DNA from: Alphaproteobacteria bacterium
Lineage (GTDB): Bacteria > Pseudomonadota > Alphaproteobacteria > UBA2966
DNA length: 64,000 bases
Direction: 5' to 3'
NCBI GenBank assembly: GCA_964291395.2
Contig: OZ219858.1
Coordinates: 256,001-320,000, forward strand
Shown: positions 16,891-25,312 of the stretch, piece after piece
Layout: each line of letters opens with the position of its first letter
Numbering within the stretch: the stretch's first letter is position 1
Notes under the pieces: model-generated
Databases searched by the model: none
What the model saw: the letters and a program-made list of their open reading frames with translations, nothing else
Told to the model about the DNA's origin: nothing
Program-made: the position numbers and the translations under genes

Positions 16891-17724
16891 CTAATCGTAG
16901 CGATACGACACGTCACAGTGCGGGGCCCGCGTGAGACGGGCGTGTTCCGTCGCGACCACCTTCTCGCAGTGAGCGGCAAGCATCTTTCGCGACTCAAAAT
17001 GTGCCCTTGGCACGGGATCGTGAAAGGTGACCGCGACGCTCAAGCTACCCAGCTGAAAAACGCTCCATAGATGGGGAACGAATTCCATGTCTCCAAACCA
17101 GGCTACCGCCGGCCTCGTCCGCGAATCGGTAGGAGAACCCTCGATTCGGACGTATGCCACAGTCACCGGCTGGACGACAGATATGGCCTCGCCCACGGCA
17201 TTCTCCATCACGGAGAAAAAGGCACTCTTGAACGGCAACACATGGCTTCCGTCGGTGCTGGTTCCTTCGGGAAACAGCACCAGCCGTGCACCTTCTTCCA
17301 GCCGTTCACCGAGTTGCCGGGCATGCGTGTCCGCTTTTCGACGACTCCGCTCCACGAACACCGTTCGTTGAAGACGCGCCAGGGTCCCGACACCTGGCCA
17401 TGCGGATACTTCCGCTTTGGCCACGAACGAGCATTCCATCAAGCTTCCCAATATCGGGATATCCAGCCAAGAACTGTGATTCGCGACCAATAACGCCGGA
17501 CGGCGTAATGGCGGAGACCCGACGACTCGAATGTCGATCCTCAGTATCCGGCAAAGTCCCGCATGGTAGAGCCGAGGCACCCGCTCCCTGAGAGAACTGC
17601 CGGTGGCCGCCGAAACCAACTGAAGAGGAAGCAGGAGAAACGTCCAAGAGAGCGTGACAAGCACGCGTCCAGATGCCCGGAGCAGTCTTAGGGCACGCCG
17701 GTCAGGAGTCCGCACTCTCGTCAC
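16891..17724 (-). CDS. Lysophospholipid / lyso-ornithine-lipid acyltransferase (PlsC/OlsA-like)
   Basis: NHSSWLD, FVAK and FPEGT motifs. The likely start is a GTG overlapping the fur 3' end, not the ORF-track start at 18069. Confidence 0.88.
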   Translation of the reverse strand: MTRVRTPDRRALRLLRASGRVLVTLSWTFLLLPLQLVSAATGSSLRERVPRLYHAGLCRILRIDIRVVGSPPLRRPALLVANHSSWLDIPILGSLMECSFVAKAEVSAWPGVGTLARLQRTVFVERSRRKADTHARQLGERLEEGARLVLFPEGTSTDGSHVLPFKSAFFSVMENAVGEAISVVQPVTVAYVRIEGSPTDSRTRPAVAWFGDMEFVPHLWSVFQLGSLSVAVTFHDPVPRAHFESRKMLAAHCEKVVATEHARLTRAPHCDVSYRYD

Positions 17725-18136
17725 TATCGGATCCGAGGGGCACTCCATAGAGTTCGAGGCGATGATCAACCAGTTTGAAACCCAGCTTTTCGGCAATCCT
17801 CTCCTGGAGGCGCTCAATCTCCTCGTCCTGAAACTCCAATACCCGGCCGCTTCGAATATCGATGAGATGATCGTGATGCTCCAGAGGCACTTCCTCGTAC
17901 CGTGCCCGGCCATCGCGAAAATCGTGACGATCCAAAATGTTTGCCTCCTCGAACAGTCGGACGGTTCGGTACACGGTGGCGATCGAGATCTTCGGGTCGA
18001 GTTCACTCGCCCGCCGATAAACCGCCTCCACGTCCGGATGATCCTCTGCCTCCGACAGCACGCGTGCAATGAGCCGACGTTGGCCGGTCATTTTCATACC
18101 TTTTTCGATGCACAGGCGTTCGAGCCTTGAAGCCAT
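17702..18136 (-). CDS. fur: Fur family transcriptional regulator
   Basis: MTGQRR, DHPDVE, SIATVYRT and HHDHLI. Confidence 0.93.
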   Translation of the reverse strand: MASRLERLCIEKGMKMTGQRRLIARVLSEAEDHPDVEAVYRRASELDPKISIATVYRTVRLFEEANILDRHDFRDGRARYEEVPLEHHDHLIDIRSGRVLEFQDEEIERLQERIAEKLGFKLVDHRLELYGVPLGSDSDESADS

Positions 18137-18174
18137 TACGTTGGCCTAAAATTGTGCCTGACGAATGAACGCAC

Positions 18175-18591
18175 CTATCTCTGCCGTCGGCGACGCTTCC
18201 TACCTAGTCCAATTTTCTTCGCCAAATCGCTTCGCTGAGAAGCGTAGTTGGGCGCGACCATAGGATAGTCGGGCGCCAGCCCCCATCGCTCACGGTACTC
18301 ATCCGGGGTCAAATCATACCGCGTCCTAATATGACGCTTGAGCATCTTTAACTTTTTACCATCTTCCAGACAGATGATGTAGTCAGGCATGATAGATTTC
18401 TTGATCGGCACGGCGGGCTTTGGACGCTCGGGCGCGGGCTGGGCAACGCCGCCCACGGTCGCCAACGCACAATACACTTGCTGAATCAGTTGCGGCAGTT
18501 CAGCGACCGTCACGGAGTTGTTCGAGACGTGCGACGCAACTATATCCGTTGTCAGTGCAAGCAGTTCACCGCTATCCGATTGTTCTACCAT
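18175..18591 (-). CDS. mucR: Ros/MucR family zinc-finger regulator
   Basis: IVASHVSNN, CLEDGKKLKMLKRH and YPMVAPNY. Confidence 0.95.
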   Translation of the reverse strand: MVEQSDSGELLALTTDIVASHVSNNSVTVAELPQLIQQVYCALATVGGVAQPAPERPKPAVPIKKSIMPDYIICLEDGKKLKMLKRHIRTRYDLTPDEYRERWGLAPDYPMVAPNYASQRSDLAKKIGLGRKRRRRQR

Positions 18592-18685
18592 TCAATCCTT
18601 TATCCTCCGGGCGTCATGTACTGAACGTATAACTAGTATCTTATACTTCATTGGACAAGGAAATCAGAGTCCTCATCATTAAATC

Positions 18686-18934
18686 ATGACTCCTACGACA
18701 CAAACTCCCGATCACTTTCTCGATATAACAAGTGACGTTTGTCCTATCACCTTCGTAAAGACCAAGCTCTTGATAGAGCGAATGCGATCGGGCGAAACCG
18801 CAGAGGTTCATCTGCCACCGGGTGAACCTCTGGAAAATGTGCCACGGTCGGTATGCGAGGAGGGCCACATCGTTCTGAGCCTGGAACCGGATACCGGTAC
18901 CGACATCTATATCCTGCTGATCCAGAAGACCTGA
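18686..18934 (+). CDS. TusA family sulfur carrier protein
   Basis: 82 aa with LDITSDVCPITFVK and EPLENVPRS. Confidence 0.85.
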   Translation: MTPTTQTPDHFLDITSDVCPITFVKTKLLIERMRSGETAEVHLPPGEPLENVPRSVCEEGHIVLSLEPDTGTDIYILLIQKT

Positions 18935-19030
18935 AACGGGCCTCCCACGTCTCCGGAATGCCGAGCCGCATGATCAATGCAGCAATGAGACCATCTCGGC
19001 GACAGAGGCCTGAGAAACCACTGTGTTCAA
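18935..19030 (-). pseudogene. Possible frameshifted N-terminal remnant of RimI acetyltransferase
   Basis: Peptides across frames read VVSQASVA / GLIAAL / HAA / PETW, resembling alphaproteobacterial RimI N-termini. It sits where rimI normally follows tsaB. Confidence 0.35.
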
Positions 19031-19043
19031 TGATACAGCCGTT

Positions 19044-19736
19044 TCACTCGGCCGGAGCGCCGGGTAGTCGGGCATCCGGTGCCCGTAAATACAGGGGTTG
19101 GGGCGGGACGTTTCCGATACCATCCGATTCCGCCAACTTAAGCCCTGCGCGGGCAACATGAACGGCATCAGGAACGAACGGCGCATCCGAGAACCGAATA
19201 TCGGGATGCCGTTCTTTGATCTGATCCCGAACCAGTTTCGTACCGCTTCCAACCACCGTGACCGGTCCGGAGGGCAACACGGAAGGCACGTCGGTCGGGG
19301 CGATGACAGCCGGCGCCAGAGCGGTGATCTCGCCATCCCACGGAAACACCTGATGGTACAGTTCGGCCTTCCCAGCATCATGTAAGACTACGATCGCTCG
19401 CCCTTCGCCCATCTCGCGCCACTGCCGCGCACCTTCTGCTATGGCAGCCATTGTCGTTATCCCGGCGACGCGGACGCCGGTCGTCAGGGCGATCCCGCGG
19501 GCCGCCGACAGCCCGACACGAATTCCTGTGAATGTTCCCGGTCCCACCGTAACCGCGATGAGATCTAACTCATCAAACCAAGTGGACGCAGCGGACAGCA
19601 CCGACTGAATCATCGGAACCAGCGCCTCCGCGTGACCTTTTGAGAGGTGTTCATGCCGACGGGCCAGCACATTCCTGCCGTCACACACCGCCACCGAACA
19701 CGCGTCGAGCGCCGTGTCGAACGCGAGGATCTTCAT
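19044..19736 (-). CDS. tsaB: tRNA threonylcarbamoyladenosine biosynthesis protein TsaB
   Basis: MKILAFDTA, GHAEAL, GPGTFTGIRVG and PLYLR. Confidence 0.93.
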   Translation of the reverse strand: MKILAFDTALDACSVAVCDGRNVLARRHEHLSKGHAEALVPMIQSVLSAASTWFDELDLIAVTVGPGTFTGIRVGLSAARGIALTTGVRVAGITTMAAIAEGARQWREMGEGRAIVVLHDAGKAELYHQVFPWDGEITALAPAVIAPTDVPSVLPSGPVTVVGSGTKLVRDQIKERHPDIRFSDAPFVPDAVHVARAGLKLAESDGIGNVPPQPLYLRAPDARLPGAPAE

Positions 19737-19820
19737 CGGTTCATCCCGGTTCTCCGGCTGACTTCTGGTGGCGGAATTCGGTTGCGTTGTGATACATGCA
19801 CTACGAAACATGCCACCCAC

Positions 19821-20921
19821 ATGATCGGCATGGTCATGCGATCCTGGAAAGCCCGACCGGTGTCAACCTCTCCAAGAAGCCGGTTTTGGGGTGTCATAGG
19901 CCTCGGATTTGCGTCCGCGCTGCCCGCTCTTTCGGCACCCGCTTCCTCCGCCGCGACGGTGACGGCCGATCGGTCGGCGGCAACCATCATCATGTACCAC
20001 CGGTTCGGCGAACGGAACTATCCGTCGACGAACGTGCGTATCGAACAACTGGAAGCGCACATTCGCGAGCTCACGTCCGGGCCATACAACGTGTTGCCGC
20101 TGGAACAGATCGTCGACGCCTTCCGGACGGGCCGTGACCTCCCCGCCAACACCGTCGCGATAACCATCGACGACGCCTATCAATCCACGTACACCGAGGC
20201 CTGGCCCCGGTTCAAGGACGCCGGACTGCCGTTCACGCTGTTCGTCGCAACGGATCCGGTCGACAAAGGTCTCGCGAACTTCCTGACCTGGGACCAGCTA
20301 CGGGAGATCCGGGATGGCGGCGGCAGCATAGGTCACCACACCGCTTCGCATCTGCACATGGTGGGCGCATCGGACGAACGAATTTGGCAGGAAATCCGTA
20401 AGGCAAGCGAACGATACCAGCAGGAACTCGGCAAGATCCCCCGGATCTTCGCCTACCCGTTCGGAGAGGCCAGCCGGGACGTGCGCGGCAAAATCATAGA
20501 AGCAGGCTTCACCGCGGCATTCGGCCAACACTCCGGCGTGGCGTACGCGGGGGCCGACCGATTCTATCTGCCAAGGTTCCCATTCAACGAGAATTTCGGC
20601 TCCATCGACCGGCTGAAGTTGGCCGCCACCGCCCTGCCCCTCCCCGTCACCGACGTTACGCCTCTCGATTTCTCCCTGACCCAAAACCCGCCCCATTTCG
20701 GCTTCACCGTATCCCCCGAAATCCGATCCCTGGAACAGCTGAACTGCTTCGTGTCGCCCGGCGGCAACCCGGCACAAACCCGACGCCTCGGAGAACGGCG
20801 GGTCGAAGTGCGGGTCGACAACCCCTTCCCTCCCGGCCGAGCGCGCTTCAACTGCACGATGCCCACGCAGGACAACAGATGGCGATGGTTCGGAATGCAG
20901 TTCCATGTACCTCGGCCATGA
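19821..20921 (+). CDS. Exported polysaccharide deacetylase (CE4 family) with C-terminal extension
   Basis: IIMYHRF, TIDDAY, HTASH and FAYPFG motifs after a hydrophobic signal-like segment. Start uncertain. Confidence 0.85.
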   Translation: MIGMVMRSWKARPVSTSPRSRFWGVIGLGFASALPALSAPASSAATVTADRSAATIIMYHRFGERNYPSTNVRIEQLEAHIRELTSGPYNVLPLEQIVDAFRTGRDLPANTVAITIDDAYQSTYTEAWPRFKDAGLPFTLFVATDPVDKGLANFLTWDQLREIRDGGGSIGHHTASHLHMVGASDERIWQEIRKASERYQQELGKIPRIFAYPFGEASRDVRGKIIEAGFTAAFGQHSGVAYAGADRFYLPRFPFNENFGSIDRLKLAATALPLPVTDVTPLDFSLTQNPPHFGFTVSPEIRSLEQLNCFVSPGGNPAQTRRLGERRVEVRVDNPFPPGRARFNCTMPTQDNRWRWFGMQFHVPRP

Positions 20922-20950
20922 CCCCCCGGTTCACACAGGAATTCTCCGGA

Positions 20951-21120
20951 ATGATGCGCCCAAATCGCCTGAAGGCCCGCCTTAAGGACGGCGAACCCTC
21001 CTCTCTGCGGCTGAGTTTGATGGGGAACGTGATGGCCGCAGAGATCACGGCGCTCGCCGGAACTGACGCCATCGTAGTCAACCACGACACGGGCCGCGGA
21101 TCTCATACAAGCTGGAACCG
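20951..21120 (+). pseudogene. N-terminal remnant of an HpcH/HpaI family aldolase
   Basis: MRPNRLKARLKDGEP...AAEITALAGTDAIVVNHDTG resembles the HpcH/HpaI N-terminus. Similarity stops after about 50 codons. Confidence 0.6.
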
Positions 21121-21122
21121 CT

Positions 21123-22298
21123 TCAGGTCCCGAGGCCGCTCCTGCCAAAACCTTGGAGCCGGGCGCGGTCGAACGCGTCGAGACCGTTCACGCGCATGAT
21201 CGTACGGATCGTTTCGATGTATTCGAACCCGCGCTCCGAATATTTGTGGAGCGTCCCGACCAGACTTCTCCCGGTCAACGCCTGGCTGGAATTCCGCAGC
21301 TCACGCCGTACTCGGCGAAATTCCTTGTAGGCCCAATGGATATTCAGGTTGTGCATGTAGGCTGATACGGATTGGCGCAGTCCCTCGAAGGACCGCACTT
21401 CGTGGCGTTTGCCTGGGTCACGCCGCTCGGGCACGACACCCGTCCCCTTGCGGAACGTCCATTGACCGAAGACCGCATTCGCCTCGACCGCAAATCGCGA
21501 CGTGCCCCAGCCCGACTCCTCGGCCGCCTGGGCGATGGCCAGGGATGGAGGTACGACGTCGACGCGACCGACGAGGTCCGAGCGGTCCGACGGGTTCGCA
21601 TCGTAGCGGTCGGTCAAGGTCGCGATCCAGGCCTCGTCCTCACGCGATAGAGGGCCTTGCGAATTCAAGAGGCGGAAGAGCTCGTTACGATCCGCCAGGA
21701 TTTTTTCGTTGGCTTGAAGGATGAGCGGCAGCATCAATTTGATAAAGAGTTGTTTCCGCTGTTTGACGGAGTTCAACTGGGCCAGATCCGGCGGCAGATT
21801 GGCGAGCTGCATGCGGGGTACGGACGCGAATCCTCTTCGAATATCCCTGAGGCTGTAATCGAGCGTAGCCAATTGCCGATCCAGGTCGGTGGCGCTGATC
21901 ACTTGCAGCCCGACACTCACCGATTCGATTTCGCCAAGCGCCACGACTTCGGGCGGGCGATCAAGCAGCGGCCGATGAACGATCTCGGGTGCGGGTAGAA
22001 CCTGCCCCGCCGACACGGACGCCGCTCGCGTCGACACTTCCGGTACTGGGGGGCGCTGGTCCGCTTGCCGCGTCAGCGGTTCATCTAACGGTGGAGCCGG
22101 GCTCCCGGCCGGTATGGTGAAGAGCCCCACGCCCAGCGTATAGAGGCACAGGACGCACACACCGAGAACCCCGAGCGCGCCACGCTCGAACCGACCACCG
22201 AACACCTGAAGATGGGCCATGGACCAGTCCCCTGCCGCCGGCCAACGGGCGAACGGGGTATTTTCCCAGTCTCGGCGCGCCTTGATTCGCGCGTCCAT
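21123..22298 (-). CDS. Membrane-anchored glucosaminidase (GH73/Bax-like) protein
   Basis: N-terminal TM segment, SLAIAQAAEESGWGTSRFA, NAVFGQW and YSERG. Strong RBS before ATG 22298. Confidence 0.85.
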   Translation of the reverse strand: MDARIKARRDWENTPFARWPAAGDWSMAHLQVFGGRFERGALGVLGVCVLCLYTLGVGLFTIPAGSPAPPLDEPLTRQADQRPPVPEVSTRAASVSAGQVLPAPEIVHRPLLDRPPEVVALGEIESVSVGLQVISATDLDRQLATLDYSLRDIRRGFASVPRMQLANLPPDLAQLNSVKQRKQLFIKLMLPLILQANEKILADRNELFRLLNSQGPLSREDEAWIATLTDRYDANPSDRSDLVGRVDVVPPSLAIAQAAEESGWGTSRFAVEANAVFGQWTFRKGTGVVPERRDPGKRHEVRSFEGLRQSVSAYMHNLNIHWAYKEFRRVRRELRNSSQALTGRSLVGTLHKYSERGFEYIETIRTIMRVNGLDAFDRARLQGFGRSGLGT

Positions 22299-22665
22299 TG
22301 ACCAGCCCTCCCCTTGGAACTGATTGTACCTCAGGCGGCTCTGTCGAGTCCATCGCGCCGAAACGGCACGACACTTGCCGCCTCTTCATCCATCGGACTG
22401 CGGGCCGGTGTCCGATGCAATCCGTGCCCAGGCAACACTTGCCCAGGTCATCGGTGATCGGCCGGTCCGTTCCAGCGATCCGACGTTTCCCGGCGGCCTT
22501 GTCTGACCGATGCTTAGCGGCATGATCGGCTTTGCATTGACCGACGCCCTCCGAAGCGGCAGCCTCCATGCCCGTGGCGAGCCGGCAGCGCCAGCCATCC
22601 ACACGGATGAAAGGTCGCCACCCTTCTAAATAAATTTCAATACCTCAAAGCGTGACCGGTCAGGC

Positions 22666-23676
22666 CTATGCGATCAAGAAGCCGACGACCTCCTGAACTT
22701 CACGAATGACGGGTTCGGAGAGGTTCCGCGCCCGTTCGGCACCGTCGTGAAGAACGGACTCCACATATGCGGAGTCGTCCATCAAGCGCTGCATCTCGGC
22801 CGTGATTGGCGTCAGTTCGGCGATCGCGAGTTCCGCCAACTCCTCCTTGAACGTCGAGAACTGAGCGCCGTCGAACCTTCGACACACGGCTTCCACGGAA
22901 TCGCTGCATAGAGCCGCAAATATGCCGACCAGATTGGCCGCTTCCGGCCGAGACTCCAGTTCATCCGGCGTGCCGGGAAGCGGATCCGGATCGGTACGCG
23001 CCCGTCGAATTTTCTTGACGATCAGATCGGGCGGGTCGGTCAAATTGATGCGCGCATAGTCGGACGGGTCCGATTTGCTCATCTTCGCGGTGCCATCCCG
23101 AAGACTCATCACACGCGTCGCTTCACCGAAAATCAGCGGTTCCGTCAACGGGAAGCAGTCGACGCCGTACTGGCTGTTGAATGCCTGCGCGATGTCTCGA
23201 CAAAGCTCCAAGTGCTGCTTCTGGTCTTCTCCGACAGGTACGTGGGTGGCCTTGTAGGCGAGAATGTCCGCCGCCATGAGGTTCGGGTAGGCATAGAGGC
23301 CGACGCTAGCGTTCTCGCGATACTTTCCAGCTTTTTCCTTGAACTGGGTCATTCGGTTGAGCCAGCCCAGACGCGCGACGCAATTGAATATCCAGGCGAG
23401 TTCCGCGTGCGCGCTGACTTGGCTCTGATTGAACAGGATTCCCGTCTTCGCATCGATCCCTGCCGCTAGCAGGCTCGCCGCGACCTCGCGCGTGCTGGCC
23501 CGCAATTCCGCAGGGTCCTGCGCAACCGTGATGGCGTGCAAATCGACCACGCAATAGATGCATTCGTGGTCGGCCTGCAACGTAACCCAGTTGCGTATCG
23601 CGCCCAGGTAATTGCCGAGATGCAGATTCCCCGTTGGCTGAACACCCGAGAAAACGCGGTTCATCGTTTGCCTCAT
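22666..23676 (-). CDS. trpS: Tryptophan--tRNA ligase
   Basis: [22 protein letters not shown] and KMSKS. Confidence 0.97.
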   Translation of the reverse strand: MRQTMNRVFSGVQPTGNLHLGNYLGAIRNWVTLQADHECIYCVVDLHAITVAQDPAELRASTREVAASLLAAGIDAKTGILFNQSQVSAHAELAWIFNCVARLGWLNRMTQFKEKAGKYRENASVGLYAYPNLMAADILAYKATHVPVGEDQKQHLELCRDIAQAFNSQYGVDCFPLTEPLIFGEATRVMSLRDGTAKMSKSDPSDYARINLTDPPDLIVKKIRRARTDPDPLPGTPDELESRPEAANLVGIFAALCSDSVEAVCRRFDGAQFSTFKEELAELAIAELTPITAEMQRLMDDSAYVESVLHDGAERARNLSEPVIREVQEVVGFLIA

Positions 23677-23718
23677 GCTCGTCAAGGCGCCGAGTTATGG
23701 CGCTTGCGCGCAAGAGGG

Positions 23719-25269
23719 TCAACCATTGGAAGCGGGACGGAATGATCGCAAATCGTCCGGCCGGGCCGCGCCGGTCACATAGGCGGAGAGTGCGAAGAGC
23801 CCAAGACCTCCGAGAACCAACAGCACGACGCAAAGGATACGCAACAAAAATGTGCCCGACAGCCAATCGTCGAGGCCTTCGTGCGCCACCGCGAGACCCA
23901 CCACCATGATCGCCATCGCCAGCAGCGTCCGCGGCAGCCTCTGCCGCAATCGTGCATCGGTGACGAAGTCGCCGCGCCGGGACAAAGTGCGCGCGAGCAA
24001 CCACGTGTTAAGCCACGCTGCGAGCGCCGTGGCGAGAGCGAGTCCGACATGTTTGAGCCACCACATCAAGGCGAGATTGAGAACAAGGTTGGCCACCACA
24101 CAGATCGCGCCGATCCGCACCGGCGTGACCGTATCCTGTCTCGCGAAATACGCGGGAGTCAGAACCTTGACCAAAACGTAGGCCGGAAGGCCGATCGCGT
24201 AGGCGCGCAAGGCCAACGCTGTGAGGTCCGACTCGCGGGGGCCGAATTCTCCGCGCTCGAACAACACGGACACGAAGGGATGCGCCAGCACGACAAATGC
24301 CGCCGCAGCCGGCAGAGTGAGGAGCAGTGCGAATTCGGTCGCTCGATTCTGATGGTGCAGGGCCGAATCCCTCCGGCCTCCGCTGACTTCCCGCGAGATC
24401 AACGGCAGCAATGCCGTGCCTACAGCCACGCCAACCACACCAAGGGGTAATTGATTGAGCCGATCTGCATAGAAGAGATACGAGACCGAGCCCGACGGCA
24501 ACAGGGACGCCAGTACGATATCGACCACGAGATTGATCTGGACGACGCCGGCGCCGACCGCAGCCGGAGCCATGAGCCGCAGCAGGTATTTGACCTGCGG
24601 CGTGAGGCGAGGGCTGGAGAATCGCAGGGGCATGTCGGCACGATGGAGGGCAACGATCAGCCAAACGAATTGAATCATCCCCGCCGCGGCGACGCCCCAC
24701 GCGAGCGCGTGCCCCGGCGTCGGCGTGAATGGTGCGAGCCAGAGAAGCGCTCCGATGAGGCAAAGATTGAGGAGTACCGGCGTGGCCGCAACCGCGGCAA
24801 AGCGCCCCAAGCTGTTCAGAACCCCCCCCATCAGCGACACCACGCTGATGAACAGCAGGTAGGGAAACGTGATGCGCGTCAGCGCCACCGTCAACTCGAA
24901 TTTCTCGGGCCAAGCCGCGAACCCGGGAGCCAATCCGTACATCAACCAAGGCATCAGGGCCTGAAACAACCCCACCAGAAGGACGAGGACGACGACAAGA
25001 ACGACTAGAGCGGACTGGGCGAAGCCACGAGCGGCGTTACGTCCATCCCGTTCCAGGATCTCGGAAAAGACGGGAACGAATCCCGCGTTGAAGGCGCCCT
25101 CGGCAAACAGACGGCGAAAGAAATTGGGCAGCTTGAATGCGACAAAGAAGGCGTCGGCCACCATTCCCGCACCCAGGTATGCCGCGATCAGGATGTCCCG
25201 GACGAAGCCCAAAATGCGGCTCAACATCGTGTAGCCGCCGACGGTCGCGATTGCCGGAAGCAGTTTCAT
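23719..25269 (-). CDS. murJ: Lipid II flippase MurJ (MviN)
   Basis: SRILGFVRD, AFKLPNFFRRLFAEGAF and YADRLNQLPLG, with many TM segments. Confidence 0.97.
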   Translation of the reverse strand: MKLLPAIATVGGYTMLSRILGFVRDILIAAYLGAGMVADAFFVAFKLPNFFRRLFAEGAFNAGFVPVFSEILERDGRNAARGFAQSALVVLVVVLVLLVGLFQALMPWLMYGLAPGFAAWPEKFELTVALTRITFPYLLFISVVSLMGGVLNSLGRFAAVAATPVLLNLCLIGALLWLAPFTPTPGHALAWGVAAAGMIQFVWLIVALHRADMPLRFSSPRLTPQVKYLLRLMAPAAVGAGVVQINLVVDIVLASLLPSGSVSYLFYADRLNQLPLGVVGVAVGTALLPLISREVSGGRRDSALHHQNRATEFALLLTLPAAAAFVVLAHPFVSVLFERGEFGPRESDLTALALRAYAIGLPAYVLVKVLTPAYFARQDTVTPVRIGAICVVANLVLNLALMWWLKHVGLALATALAAWLNTWLLARTLSRRGDFVTDARLRQRLPRTLLAMAIMVVGLAVAHEGLDDWLSGTFLLRILCVVLLVLGGLGLFALSAYVTGAARPDDLRSFRPASNG

Positions 25270-25312
25270 GGCCTGTCGCGTATCGCGAGATGACGGCGGA
25301 AAAATGACCGTC

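Noticed and set aside
17725-18069. N-terminal extension of the 392-aa acyltransferase ORF
   Set aside because: It overlaps fur in another frame; the real start is most likely the GTG at 17724.
22480-22580. GCAAAGCC...CTAAG on the minus strand, reminiscent of a c-di-GMP-I riboswitch
   Set aside because: The upstream GGCAAA element and GNRA-capped stem are missing.
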